Source: an uncultured cyanobacterium (GTDB lineage Bacteria; Cyanobacteriota; Cyanobacteriia; PCC-9006; JAAUQQ01). Taken from it: 64,000 nucleotides of DNA. Positions within the stretch are counted from its first letter, which is position 1. The number at the start of each line of letters is the position of its first letter. Both the position numbers and the translations under genes were made by a program. Shown here in pieces: positions 31,417 to 41,401 of the stretch. The notes below the pieces were generated by a model. The model had not been told where the DNA came from. It saw nothing but the letters and a program-made list of their open reading frames with translations, and ran no database searches. Where the stretch lies: assembly GCA_963718615.1 (NCBI GenBank), contig OY970368.1, positions 4,160,001 through 4,224,000 of the forward strand. Reading direction: 5' to 3'.

Positions 31417-31461
31417 TTCCCCAAATGAAACAAAAGCACTACTAGGGAATAGGAATGCCCC

Positions 31462-32301
31462 ATGTATCTCACGAGTCAACAGTTCGAGGCCCTGATGCCC
31501 GACGCCAGTCAGCTTTTGAGCGATGAACCGGAAATGGAGAGTTCTTTGCACTACATGCAGCTGCTGCTTTTGGTGACTTGCTTAGAATGGCTCTGGCGAG
31601 ATCGCGAAGATTTTTTTATCGGAGCCAATCTGACGATCTATTTCAGCCGAGAACAGCTCAAAAGCCGAGACTACCGAGGCCCAGATTTCTTTTTGGTCAA
31701 AGACACTGAGAAACGCCCTCGCCCTTCCTGGGTCATTTGGGAAGAGGATGGGCAATATCCCAATGTCATCATCGAATTGCTGTCTCCCTCAACGGAGGCG
31801 GTGGATCGGGGGCTAAAGAAAACGCTTTACCAAGATCGCTTCCGCACACCGGAGTATTTTTGGTTTAGTCCTGAGACGCTGGAATTTCAGGGATTTCGCC
31901 TGGTTAGAGCCCAGTACGAAGGGATCCTGCCCAATGAACAGGGTTGGCTTTGGAGTCAGGAGTTAGGGCTGTATTTGGGCATTGAGGGGAGGCATTTACG
32001 CTATTTCACCGTGACCGGCGATCGGGTTCTGACGCCAGAGGAAACTGCGGAAGCCGAGGCCCAGCGCGCGGAAGCCGAGGCTCAGCGCGCAGAAGCCGAG
32101 GCCCAGCGTGCAGAAGCCGAGGCCCAGCGCGCAGAAGCCGAGGCCCAGCGCGCAGATCTGGCTGAAGAACGGGCCGAGGCGGAACTCCAGCGGGCTAACC
32201 GCATGGCGGAGTATTTGCGATCGCTCGGCCTAGATCCCGAGCAACTGCCCAACGCTCAAACCGATCCTGAAACCGGGAGACAAAGCCATGGCGGAGAATA
32301 G
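31462..32301 (+). CDS. Uma2-family (DUF820) PD-(D/E)XK protein with heptad-repeat tail
   Basis: SDEPEMES..H, GPDFFLV, P.VIIELLSPST, EYFWF.P, C-terminal (AEAEAQR)n...LRSLGLDP. Confidence 0.92.
   Translation: MYLTSQQFEALMPDASQLLSDEPEMESSLHYMQLLLLVTCLEWLWRDREDFFIGANLTIYFSREQLKSRDYRGPDFFLVKDTEKRPRPSWVIWEEDGQYPNVIIELLSPSTEAVDRGLKKTLYQDRFRTPEYFWFSPETLEFQGFRLVRAQYEGILPNEQGWLWSQELGLYLGIEGRHLRYFTVTGDRVLTPEETAEAEAQRAEAEAQRAEAEAQRAEAEAQRAEAEAQRADLAEERAEAELQRANRMAEYLRSLGLDPEQLPNAQTDPETGRQSHGGE
32047..32151 (+). repeat. 21-bp tandem repeat x5 (AEAEAQR)
   Basis: GC(G/A)GAAGCCGAGGC(C/T)CAGCG(C/T) units. Confidence 0.95.
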
Positions 32302-33118
32302 CGTCAAAGACTGGAGCCTACTCTACGACCTCTCCAAAGCCTCAGAAGAGCATCCTGGCGGCGTACCGCGTCCAGCCTCAGAAACCTTGCCGACAATGTA
32401 CGACTTACCCAGTGAACAAGTGGGGGAGGCCGGATTGCCAGATGAATTTCATCGTATCCAAGCGGACTTATTAACCGAGACCTGTGTACTGGAGCCAGCA
32501 ACAGAATCCCTGGTGGCCAGTGACTTGAATCTCTACTACGACGTGCGCCATCCACTCTGGTACAAGCGACCGGACTGGTTTTTGGTCGTCGGGGTACCCC
32601 GGTTTGTCAACCAGCAGGAACTGCGCCTGAGCTATGTGATTTGGCAGGAGGGGGTGCGACCGTTTGTCCTGGTGGAGCTGCTTTCGCCCAGCACTGCCGA
32701 CGAAGATCTCGGACGACGGTTGCGGGAGGTGAACCAGCCCCCCACCAAGTGGCAAGTCTACGAACAGATTTTGGGGATCCCCTACTACGTGGTCTACGAC
32801 CGCTATCGGAATGATTTCCAAGTTTTTCGGCTAGTCGCAAGTCGCTATGAACCGGTGGATATGAGCTCAGGGCGATTGTGGTTTGACGAGCTAGAGCGGG
32901 GAATTGGCCTCTGGCAAGGGCGCTATCAAGAGACGGAGGGCCTCTGGCTGCGTTGGTATGACGCAAACGGTTGGCTGCCCACCCAGGCCGAGCAAATGAC
33001 CCAGGAACAGCAGCGAGCTGAATCCGAGGCCCGCCGAGCTGAAGCGGCTGAGCAGCGCGCCGAACGCTTGGCTCAGTTCTTGCGGGAGCAGGGAATTGAG
33101 CCGCCAGAAGGGATTTAG
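32288..33118 (+). CDS. Uma2-family protein, second subtype
   Basis: LPTMYDLPSE..GLPDEFH, RPDWF, VELLSPST.DEDLG, KWQVYEQIL.IPYY, WLRWYD, RL..LRE.GI.P. Confidence 0.92.
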   Translation: MAENSVKDWSLLYDLSKASEEHPGGVPRPASETLPTMYDLPSEQVGEAGLPDEFHRIQADLLTETCVLEPATESLVASDLNLYYDVRHPLWYKRPDWFLVVGVPRFVNQQELRLSYVIWQEGVRPFVLVELLSPSTADEDLGRRLREVNQPPTKWQVYEQILGIPYYVVYDRYRNDFQVFRLVASRYEPVDMSSGRLWFDELERGIGLWQGRYQETEGLWLRWYDANGWLPTQAEQMTQEQQRAESEARRAEAAEQRAERLAQFLREQGIEPPEGI

Positions 33119-33275
33119 GCAGGTGGGCGATCCTTCGGATCTGGGCGAAGCCAATCGCAATCCTTGGCACGGTCTTATCAGCCATGCGCGGCTTAGATCG
33201 ACAAACCGCGTTAAAACATTTCACCGAACTTAAATTCTGCTACCTTTGTACAGTGATCAAGCAAGGTAAAGGCCT

Positions 33276-33785
33276 GTGGTTCAAGGAATACTCGGACGAG
33301 CAAGCCAGTTGAGGCAGATTCTACCCATCCGCGAGGCCCAGTGGGCAAAATTTGATTTGCTGCGGACGTTGGTTCGACGCGATCTAGAATCTCGCTATAA
33401 AGGCTCGGTTCTGGGAAATTTGTGGCCACTCCTCAACCAAATTGCCCAGATGCTGATTTACACCTACGTCTTCTCCGTGATTTTGAAAGTCAAGCTGAGC
33501 ATTAGTGGTGGGGGAGTCAATGAGAATCTGACCTTTGGCCTTTGGCTTTTCGCAGGGTTGCTTCCCTGGATAGCGTTTTCGAGTGGGTTTTCCCAAACCG
33601 CAACTTCGGTTCTTGCCCAGGCCAATCTGGTGAAGAAAGTCGTTTTCCCGCTGGCGTTGCTTCCCCTCATCCCGGTCTTTTCAGCGTTTGTTGAGAGTAC
33701 CATCGGAATTGCGGTTTTGATTGTCATGGTGGCCTTTGCTTCCGGACGCCTACAACCCGACCCTGGCACTGTTCCCGCTCGTCTA
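33276..33785 (+). pseudogene. Truncated and frameshifted wzm (ABC-2 permease) paralog
   Basis: First ~160 aa align with 36054-36917; +1 shift near 33757 restores TLALFPLV, then TAG where the intact copy has W; the rest is missing. Confidence 0.85.
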
Positions 33786-33860
33786 GGAGGATTAACTGAT
33801 TTTTCGGACTTCTCTGCGACCTAAAGGATGCACAACCTATGCTTGATAGGAGAGCTCTCG

Positions 33861-34162
33861 ATGTACGGCACCCATTCATACCTCACTAGCCAAGAATTCG
33901 AGGCATTAATGCCCGCTGCTAGCCAGCTTTTGAGCGACGAACCGGAAATAATCGGCCTATTCCTAGGTCTCTGGCAAGACCGGCTGCGCTACTTTACAGC
34001 ATCCGGAGAACTTGTCCCTACCCCCGAAGAATCAGCAGCGGCAGAGATGCGGCGGGCGGAGGCGGAGGCGCGGCGGCGGAGGCAGAGGCGCATCGGGCGG
34101 ATAGGATGGCGAGTTATTTGCGATCGCTAGGTCTAGACCCAGATCAGTTGCCAGATCGTTAA
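33861..34162 (+). pseudogene. Internally deleted, frameshifted Uma2 remnant (paralog of 31462-32301)
   Basis: YLTSQEFEALMPAASQLLSDEPE joined directly to GLFLG..LRYFT..TPEE; second frame ends YLRSLGLDPDQLPDR*; about 140 core codons absent. Confidence 0.85.
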
Positions 34163-34199
34163 ACCGATGAAATGGGGAGGCAAAGCAAGCATTGCAAAA

Positions 34200-35471
34200 C
34201 TACTTTTGACAGTAGGCAACAGCATACTGAGTTAGTCCCAGTTCAATACATTTATCATCAAACTCCATCGCAAGATCTAAGGTAGACTGATCATCTGCTT
34301 CAAGAATATTGTGCAGAATATCTGATAAACCAAGGTGGTAAACACCGCCTCCTGTCAATAATATGTGCGCTTTGGGGAAGTACTCGCGTATGGCTGAGAG
34401 GATATTAGCGGAATCAGCACATTCTGAAGGATCCATCGCAAATAGATCATCTTCGTCTGGTGACACACAATTTACGCCAAGCAAGCTAGATGGTTCATAC
34501 GGGTTCTTTAGGTAATTTTCTGGAAGAAGTGACCGAAATTCAGTGCTGATTTGCAACATCTCTTCAGGAAATTGCATCCGTGTTGCTCCCACGTAATCGT
34601 CCATTAAAAACAATCCACCAGATTTAAGAACCCGATGACTCCAAGCCACAGCAACTCTTGTATCTGGCATATGGTGCAATGCGTTATTCCAAAACACCAT
34701 ATCGTAGATATCTCGCCCAGAGACAAAATCAAATGCATCGGCCAAATAAAACGAAACCTGATTCTCTAGGCCTCTTTCCTTCGCAAGGCTACGACCACGC
34801 TCTACTGCATATTCAGAGACTTCAAACAGATCAAAACATGTCGCTAGACCAGCTTCGATCGCGTCCATCTCTTTTTCACCAAATCCAGCACCGACTGATA
34901 CTGCTTTTTGAACTGGTAATAAATCAAAAAATTGGCGGTTAACCAATCGATACAAACCAGCCGAAAGCCCCGGAATATCTTCACCACAAACTCTTTTATT
35001 GATAGCCCGAATAAGATGTTCACTTTGCCACCAACGCGTCTGGAGATTTTCAAAAGTTGAATACTCCTTAGACCAATGATCTCCTGCCAATTTATCTCTG
35101 TTGAAGTTGACTTCACACAGTCCATTAGGGATTATCTCTTTTGTAGATTTGAAAATCACCTCTACGAGGTTTCGGCCATCCTGTAGATAGCGTGAAATTT
35201 TTCGATATATCCCGACCGCCCTCTGTCCGTGAACCATTGAGGCATCATCACGAAGATTTGTAAGATTCAACTCTGCGACAACTTTTCCATTAATCCTTAA
35301 TAATGGATTGACAAAAACCCCATTGCGATTTTCAAGAATCCAACCCTGCACGTGGTACTCAGAAATTTCGTCAATGTATCCAATCTCACATTCCAGCAAT
35401 GAGTCTTTTGTACTTATCCCATCAACTTGACTAGGAGTAGAAGTGGAAGTGGAAGCTGGGTCGTATTGCAT
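34200..35471 (-). CDS. Class I SAM-dependent methyltransferase with an N-terminal accessory domain
   Basis: VSVGAGFG motif I, YDMVFWNNALHH, LKSGGLF..DYVG; AT-rich. Confidence 0.8.
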   Translation of the reverse strand: MQYDPASTSTSTPSQVDGISTKDSLLECEIGYIDEISEYHVQGWILENRNGVFVNPLLRINGKVVAELNLTNLRDDASMVHGQRAVGIYRKISRYLQDGRNLVEVIFKSTKEIIPNGLCEVNFNRDKLAGDHWSKEYSTFENLQTRWWQSEHLIRAINKRVCGEDIPGLSAGLYRLVNRQFFDLLPVQKAVSVGAGFGEKEMDAIEAGLATCFDLFEVSEYAVERGRSLAKERGLENQVSFYLADAFDFVSGRDIYDMVFWNNALHHMPDTRVAVAWSHRVLKSGGLFLMDDYVGATRMQFPEEMLQISTEFRSLLPENYLKNPYEPSSLLGVNCVSPDEDDLFAMDPSECADSANILSAIREYFPKAHILLTGGGVYHLGLSDILHNILEADDQSTLDLAMEFDDKCIELGLTQYAVAYCQK

Positions 35472-36053
35472 TGATTAAAGTTGTCAAATCTGATGAAATA
35501 TATAGCCCAGTAAGCCGCCTGGAGCAATTGCTTTTATGCATACTACTGAGAACGAACGAAAGACGAAGAGAGACCCTCGCGAACATTCAGAAATCAATCT
35601 GTAAGGTTATACTACAGAATAGTCTCGAATTTTATTTTTTCTTATAGGACGATACAGTTTCTCAGTATATCAAATTACATCAGACTTGTCTTCCAGAAAC
35701 TAATTCTATGCAAAACATCAATGGCGTCGTCATTGGAGAGATTTTGTCATTACGCAGTTAGTACACGTAGGGTCGCAATGAAAATTTTCATGATTAACAA
35801 AGAACTCAATACACCGAGACATCCTGTGATTGATCTTCAGACAGAGTGTAGACCGAGGCACTTACCATCCCAGACAAAGTCTCATTAGACCAAAGACGAA
35901 GCAAACACTCCTCCAGACTCTATGATATGCGCCTTTGTCTTAACACAGGTCAGACAGTACGGAAATACCATAACTACCTCGATTTCTATGTTGCCCTAAT
36001 GGCAATATAAGGAGGCGCTAAATTCTGTTACTTTTATACGATTGGAGATTAGG

Positions 36054-36917
36054 ATGCAAAAATCTGGAGTTATAGAGATGCTGGCTCGGGCAGTACGTCT
36101 AAGAGAAATTTTGCCTATCACAACTCATCAATGGGCAGCATTTGGTCTGCTCCGGGCCCTAATCCGCAGAGACCTCGAATCTAGGTACAAGGGTTCTATG
36201 TTGGGTAACTTTTGGCCCCTAATAAATCAGCTATCCCAGCTTTTCATCTATACCTATGTATTTTCTATCGTACTAAAAGTTAAGCTAAGTCTTGGAGGAA
36301 TTGCTGCTAATGATACAGTAACCTTTGGTCTATGGCTATTCGCAGGGCTTCTTCCCTGGTTTGCATTTACAGGAGGGCTTGGACAAGCTGCGGCCTCAGT
36401 CATTACAAATCCTAATCTAGTTAAGAAGGTAGTTTTTCCTCTTGGCCTGTTGCCACTTGTTCCAGTGCTATCTGCATTCATCGAAAGCTCAGTTGGTTTA
36501 GCCGCTCTCATTATTATTGTGGCAATTGCCTCTAAAACCCTTCATTCTACCTTAGCTCTACTCCCCCTGATCTGGATTCCTCAGCTATTGTTTACATCTG
36601 GTCTCAGTTATTTAGCAGCAGCGCTAACAGTTTTTCTGAGAGATATTCCGCAATCCCTAGGAGTTTTACTGAACTTATGGTTTTATGGTACGCCGATCAT
36701 CTACCCTGCATCTGAAATTCCTGAACCTTGGCAACATCTAATAACTTGGCTCAATCCAATGGCACCTATTGTCGAGTTCTATCGTGAAGCAATATTGAGT
36801 GGAAAAATAGAGAATTGGCCACAATGGTGCTGGGCCTCATCTATTTCTCTTGTAGTTTTTCTTCTGGGGGTCACAGTCTATCAGCACTTGCGTTCAGCCT
36901 TTGCAGATGTTTTATAG
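36054..36917 (+). CDS. wzm: Polysaccharide ABC transporter permease Wzm
   Basis: RDL.SRYKGS.LG..W, LVKKVVFP, LRDI.Q, FYGTPIIYP, LNP, FADVL. Confidence 0.92.
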   Translation: MQKSGVIEMLARAVRLREILPITTHQWAAFGLLRALIRRDLESRYKGSMLGNFWPLINQLSQLFIYTYVFSIVLKVKLSLGGIAANDTVTFGLWLFAGLLPWFAFTGGLGQAAASVITNPNLVKKVVFPLGLLPLVPVLSAFIESSVGLAALIIIVAIASKTLHSTLALLPLIWIPQLLFTSGLSYLAAALTVFLRDIPQSLGVLLNLWFYGTPIIYPASEIPEPWQHLITWLNPMAPIVEFYREAILSGKIENWPQWCWASSISLVVFLLGVTVYQHLRSAFADVL

Positions 36918-36968
36918 GTTGTTCTTTCTGAATTAAATCGATTTATTTAGGTTTCAAGGATTGATCGT

Positions 36969-38327
36969 ATGAATGAAAGTATTGCCATTTCACTTCAGAA
37001 TATCTCAAAGTGCTTTAAACGATATCATCATCCAAGCGATCGCCTCAAAGAACTTTTCTTTGCCAATCACAGTCATGCTCAAGAGTTTTGGGCATTAAAA
37101 GACATAAACCTATCAATTCCCAAGGGTAAAACTGTTGGCATCTTAGGACGCAATGGATCAGGAAAAAGTACACTGCTTCAGATCATTGCAGGAACCCTAA
37201 CACCTACTACAGGAACTGTTCAAGTGCACGGTAGGATCTCTGCATTGTTGGAATTGGGAAGTGGCTTTAACCCTGAGTTCACTGGTCTTGAAAATATTTT
37301 TTTCAATGGTCAATTGCTCGGCTTAAGCAAACAAGAGATTGAAGACAAACTAGAGGAAATTATTGGCTTTGCAGATATTGGAGAGTTTATCGAACAACCT
37401 GTTAAAACTTATTCAAGTGGGATGTTCGTACGACTAGCTTTTGCCGTTGCAGTCAATGTTTCTCCTGAAATATTAATAGTAGACGAAGCTCTTGCGGTTG
37501 GAGACGTTTCGTTTCAGCATCGCTGTATGAGACGCATCAGGAAGTTAATGGATTCTGGTGTGACAACACTTTTTGTCTCTCATGACACAGGTGCAATCAA
37601 AACGCTGTGCAACTCAGCCATTATGATTCATGACGGAGTCATTCAAGGAGTTGGAAATCCAAATAAAATTACAACTGACTATTTGAGGTTAATGACTGAA
37701 ATCGAGCTAGAGATTGAGCAACGTAACGGCAATAATAACTTAGATGCTATAGTGACCGATGCGTCATCGGAAGAAAATATAGATTCAAGTGTTGTGTTAA
37801 TAGAGAAGTCTAATGCTCAGGAGAAAAACCAAAGAATAGGAAGTGGTAAAGCGAGAATAGAAGAAATAAAAATCCTCAACAGTCATGGTGAAAAGGCTAG
37901 TAAAGATCCTGTATTTGCCTTTAACGAAGAGGTAGAAATTATCACTTGCTTACGAACCTATACAAGCCTCGACAGTTGTATCGTTGGTTTTTTTGTTTGC
38001 GATAAGAACGGCAACGAAGTAATTGGAAGTAACACCTTAGAAGAGGGGATGGCTATTGGGCCTGTTGCAAACAGGCAGGAAGTAATAGTAAGTTTCAAAT
38101 TCAAACTACCTCTAAGACCTGGCTCCTATAGCCTAACAGTTGCAGGCGCGGAAAGTTATAACTCAGTTACTTTTGACTGGGTTGACAATGCTATCGTTTT
38201 TCAAGTTTTGCCACCCGATACAGGGAAAAATGTTCATGCCTTGATTGATCATCCTATGTTAGTTGATATCAAAAAGTTAGACCCAAAAGATAAATGCCAA
38301 CTGGAGGTCGAGAAAATTCATGGATAA
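36969..38327 (+). CDS. wzt: Polysaccharide ABC transporter ATPase Wzt with C-terminal carbohydrate-binding domain
   Basis: FWALKDI, GRNGSGKST, YSSGM..RLAFA, LIVDEALAVGD, VSHD; ~170-aa C-terminal beta-domain (GSGKARI, L.PG.Y). Confidence 0.93.
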   Translation: MNESIAISLQNISKCFKRYHHPSDRLKELFFANHSHAQEFWALKDINLSIPKGKTVGILGRNGSGKSTLLQIIAGTLTPTTGTVQVHGRISALLELGSGFNPEFTGLENIFFNGQLLGLSKQEIEDKLEEIIGFADIGEFIEQPVKTYSSGMFVRLAFAVAVNVSPEILIVDEALAVGDVSFQHRCMRRIRKLMDSGVTTLFVSHDTGAIKTLCNSAIMIHDGVIQGVGNPNKITTDYLRLMTEIELEIEQRNGNNNLDAIVTDASSEENIDSSVVLIEKSNAQEKNQRIGSGKARIEEIKILNSHGEKASKDPVFAFNEEVEIITCLRTYTSLDSCIVGFFVCDKNGNEVIGSNTLEEGMAIGPVANRQEVIVSFKFKLPLRPGSYSLTVAGAESYNSVTFDWVDNAIVFQVLPPDTGKNVHALIDHPMLVDIKKLDPKDKCQLEVEKIHG

Positions 38328-41300
38328 AGATTGGGTTAAGGACTATCCATCCGCTGAGGGTCTTGTTGAGGAGACTCTTGATGAAAATAGCAGCTTAAAA
38401 CAAGTAGTTCGCTTGGTTGGAAAAGACAAAAAAGTTGTTGACTTTGGCTGTGCGACAGGCTATCTTGCTTCTCTGTTAAAACAAAATGGCTGCATAATTA
38501 CAGGAGTTGAGATTAATCCTGAGGCAGCCAGGGTTGCTGAGAAACACTGTCGTAAAGTCGTGGTTGCCGATCTTGATTTTGCCTCGGTCCTTGACATCCT
38601 GCATGGAGAATCTTTTGACGTAGCTGTGTTTGGAGATGTGCTAGAGCATTTGCGCAATCCATGGAAAGTTTTACAAGAAGTTAAAAATTTAATTAATCCA
38701 GACGGTTACATTGTTGTTTCCATTCCTAATGTTGCCCATGGAGCCGTAAGGCTTTCGCTTTTAAAGGGTGAGTTTAATTATGAGGAGTTTGGTGTTTTAG
38801 ATGAAACACATTTAAGATTCTTTACTCGTGAAAGTATTCAGAAGATGCTTATTTCAACGGGGTATTTAATCGACGAGTGGAGGACAACAAAAAGTGATGT
38901 TTTCCTGGGTCAATGGATTCCAAAAGTGAACGAAGCAGAATTTGATCCAGCTTTAGTCAATCAAATTCTTGCAGAAGAAAATAGCGATGTACTTCAGTTT
39001 ATAGTCAAAGCAATGCCTGAGCCTTTAGAGAATAGACTGCGAAGCATGAAAGTGTTTTTCAAGGACGCAGTCAATGGTTTGGAAGAGTCCAGCTTAAAAT
39101 TGAAATATTTTCAAGACGAGTTGCTTAAGGTCAAGGCACAGTTGGAAGCGGCACAGTCTCAGATTGAAGAACACGAGCAACAAATTGCGAGTTTATATCA
39201 ACAGAAGCTTGAAGTTGAAAATCAAAGCGCCCACTATCAGGAATTACTGATCAAGAAGGATGGGGAGGTTCATCAGCTTCAACATCACCTTGGTGAAACA
39301 CTTCAAAATATTGAGGCAGAAAGAAGTAGGGGACAAGAGAAGCTCAATGAGCTATATGAAGTTCATCAGTTAGAACTTCTGCATCTGCGCCAACAATTAA
39401 CTCAGCGAGACCAAGAGCATGAAGGGGAAGTCAGCGAGTTACGTCAACACCTAGCAGAAGCCTTCCACAATATAGGGATTGAACGATTTCATTTCCATCA
39501 ACAGCGTGAAGCGCTGAGGCAAGGTGAAGGGATTCCTATTCCTTACTTCATGCTCAAAAAAAGTCAGCGCTGGATCAGCCGAATGGTTGGTAGACCTATC
39601 AACAAAACTACTCTTAAGTCAATTCCCGGCAAGCTTAAGCAAAAACTGCGCTTGCCCGCCATTAAACGCAAATTGCTCAAGCTCACAGCAAAAGTTCAAG
39701 ATCAAGTTTTCAGCAACCCTCACGAAGAACTATTGGCCCGGACTAACGTTTCTCCTCAGACCTTTCTAGAAGCTGTTACTCCGTTCAGCCCAACTCCTCC
39801 TTCAGCGATCTCCACCCACTCGCCCAAGATCAGTATCCTAACACCGACCTGGAATTCTTCTCTTGATTGGTTTCTCGAAACCGCCCTTAGCGTGTTGAGC
39901 CAAACCTACGACGATTGGGAATGGTGCATTGTAGATGACGGCTCCCAAAATCAAGAACTGCGAGAACTGTTACAGCAGTTTGCCAAATTGCATCCTCAAG
40001 TCAAGGTTGTTTTGGCAGAATCGGGTGGGATTAGTTCAGCAACGAACCACGCTCTGGCGATCGCCAGAGGCGAATACATCTGCTTCCTCGATCACGACGA
40101 TACCCTCACGTCTAATGCCCTTGCAACCCTCGTGAGCAAGTTAGAGGAAGGATTTGATATCGTCTATTCTGATGAAGACAAGATAGATTTTTCTGGCAAA
40201 CGCTATGTCGAGCCCTTTCACAAACCGAACTGGTCACCGGAATATTTTCGCGGCGTTATGTACGTGGGCCATCTGCTGGGTATTCGCAAAGAACTAGCCC
40301 AAACAGTTGATGGTGTTCGCAGTGAATTCGATGGCGTTCAAGACTATGACTTGATGCTACGCCTCTCGGAGAAAACAGAAAAAATTGGTCACATTCCCCA
40401 AATTCTTTATCACTGGCGCAAAATTCCGGGAAGTATTTCCGGCGATGTCAACGCAAAAAGCGAAAAGATCGAACAGCTTCAGCAGCTTGCCGTCAACGAG
40501 CATCTCAAACGTCTGGGCCTGCCAGCCCAAGCCGAGGCCATGGGTTTCCATCGATTGAAAATAGTTCCCAAGCCTGAAAGAACAAGCTATCCACTTATCA
40601 GCATCATCATCCCTACTAAAGATGCACCAGATTACCTAGAACGCTGTTTGAGCAGTCTTGTCAATGCCTCATCTTATCCTAACTTTGAAGTAATTCTGGT
40701 AGACAACGAGACCCGCGATAAGCGTGCTCTTGAACTTATAGAAAACTATGTAAAAACCCATAGGGTTACACGTATTTCTCTACAAAATCCCTTTAATTAC
40801 TCCCGTGCCAATAACACTGGTGTAGCAGCAGCCCAGGGCGAATACTTGGTTTTCCTCAATAATGACACCGAAGTTATCACCGCCAATTGGTTGGAGAATA
40901 TGCTTTATTATGCCGAGCAAGACTCTGTAGGTGCAGTAGGAGCCTTACTCCTCTTCCCTGATCGTACGGTTCAGCACGCAGGGGTTGTCATGGGATTTAG
41001 GGGCACGGCTGACCATGTCATGCGTAACTTTCCTGCCGATAGCGATGGCTATGCAGGTTCTCTCTGTTGTACCCGAGAAGTCTCAGCGGTTACAGCGGCT
41101 TGTCTGATGATGAAACGTATGGACTTTGAAAAAATCGGCGGATTCAATGAGTTTTTTTCCACCCACTATCAGGATGTCGATTTGTGCTTAAAGCTTACAG
41201 CTCAAGGAAAAACTAACATCTGTACACCTAGAGCCGTTTTGATTCACCACGAATCCAAGACTCGCAAGGCTTATTATGATTGGGGGGATCGCCTTCTTTT

Positions 41301-41394
41301 ACTTGATCAATTTCAGGACTACATTGACCAGGGCGATCGCTACTATAATCCTAACTTCGACCTCGGCAAACATGACTATAGCCTAAAAGGATGA
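38320..41394 (+). CDS. Methyltransferase - coiled coil - GT2 - GT2 multidomain glycan polymerase/terminator (WsaE-like architecture)
   Basis: VDFGCATG, DVLEHL..P, G.LDETHLRFFT; Glu/Gln-rich heptads ~aa 250-400; GT2a ISILTP, VDDGS, FLDHDD, YSDEDK; GT2b SIIIPT, FLNNDT, AVTAACL, DVDLCL. Confidence 0.88.
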   Translation: MDKDWVKDYPSAEGLVEETLDENSSLKQVVRLVGKDKKVVDFGCATGYLASLLKQNGCIITGVEINPEAARVAEKHCRKVVVADLDFASVLDILHGESFDVAVFGDVLEHLRNPWKVLQEVKNLINPDGYIVVSIPNVAHGAVRLSLLKGEFNYEEFGVLDETHLRFFTRESIQKMLISTGYLIDEWRTTKSDVFLGQWIPKVNEAEFDPALVNQILAEENSDVLQFIVKAMPEPLENRLRSMKVFFKDAVNGLEESSLKLKYFQDELLKVKAQLEAAQSQIEEHEQQIASLYQQKLEVENQSAHYQELLIKKDGEVHQLQHHLGETLQNIEAERSRGQEKLNELYEVHQLELLHLRQQLTQRDQEHEGEVSELRQHLAEAFHNIGIERFHFHQQREALRQGEGIPIPYFMLKKSQRWISRMVGRPINKTTLKSIPGKLKQKLRLPAIKRKLLKLTAKVQDQVFSNPHEELLARTNVSPQTFLEAVTPFSPTPPSAISTHSPKISILTPTWNSSLDWFLETALSVLSQTYDDWEWCIVDDGSQNQELRELLQQFAKLHPQVKVVLAESGGISSATNHALAIARGEYICFLDHDDTLTSNALATLVSKLEEGFDIVYSDEDKIDFSGKRYVEPFHKPNWSPEYFRGVMYVGHLLGIRKELAQTVDGVRSEFDGVQDYDLMLRLSEKTEKIGHIPQILYHWRKIPGSISGDVNAKSEKIEQLQQLAVNEHLKRLGLPAQAEAMGFHRLKIVPKPERTSYPLISIIIPTKDAPDYLERCLSSLVNASSYPNFEVILVDNETRDKRALELIENYVKTHRVTRISLQNPFNYSRANNTGVAAAQGEYLVFLNNDTEVITANWLENMLYYAEQDSVGAVGALLLFPDRTVQHAGVVMGFRGTADHVMRNFPADSDGYAGSLCCTREVSAVTAACLMMKRMDFEKIGGFNEFFSTHYQDVDLCLKLTAQGKTNICTPRAVLIHHESKTRKAYYDWGDRLLLLDQFQDYIDQGDRYYNPNFDLGKHDYSLKG

Positions 41395-41401
41395 GCAGCA
41401 T

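Noticed and set aside
32047-32151. Possible CRISPR-like array
   Set aside because: Contiguous in-frame coding repeats with no spacers and no cas genes; the other short tandem repeats also lack spacers
33828-34130. 100-aa ORF as an intact protein
   Set aside because: It is the deleted, frameshifted Uma2 remnant
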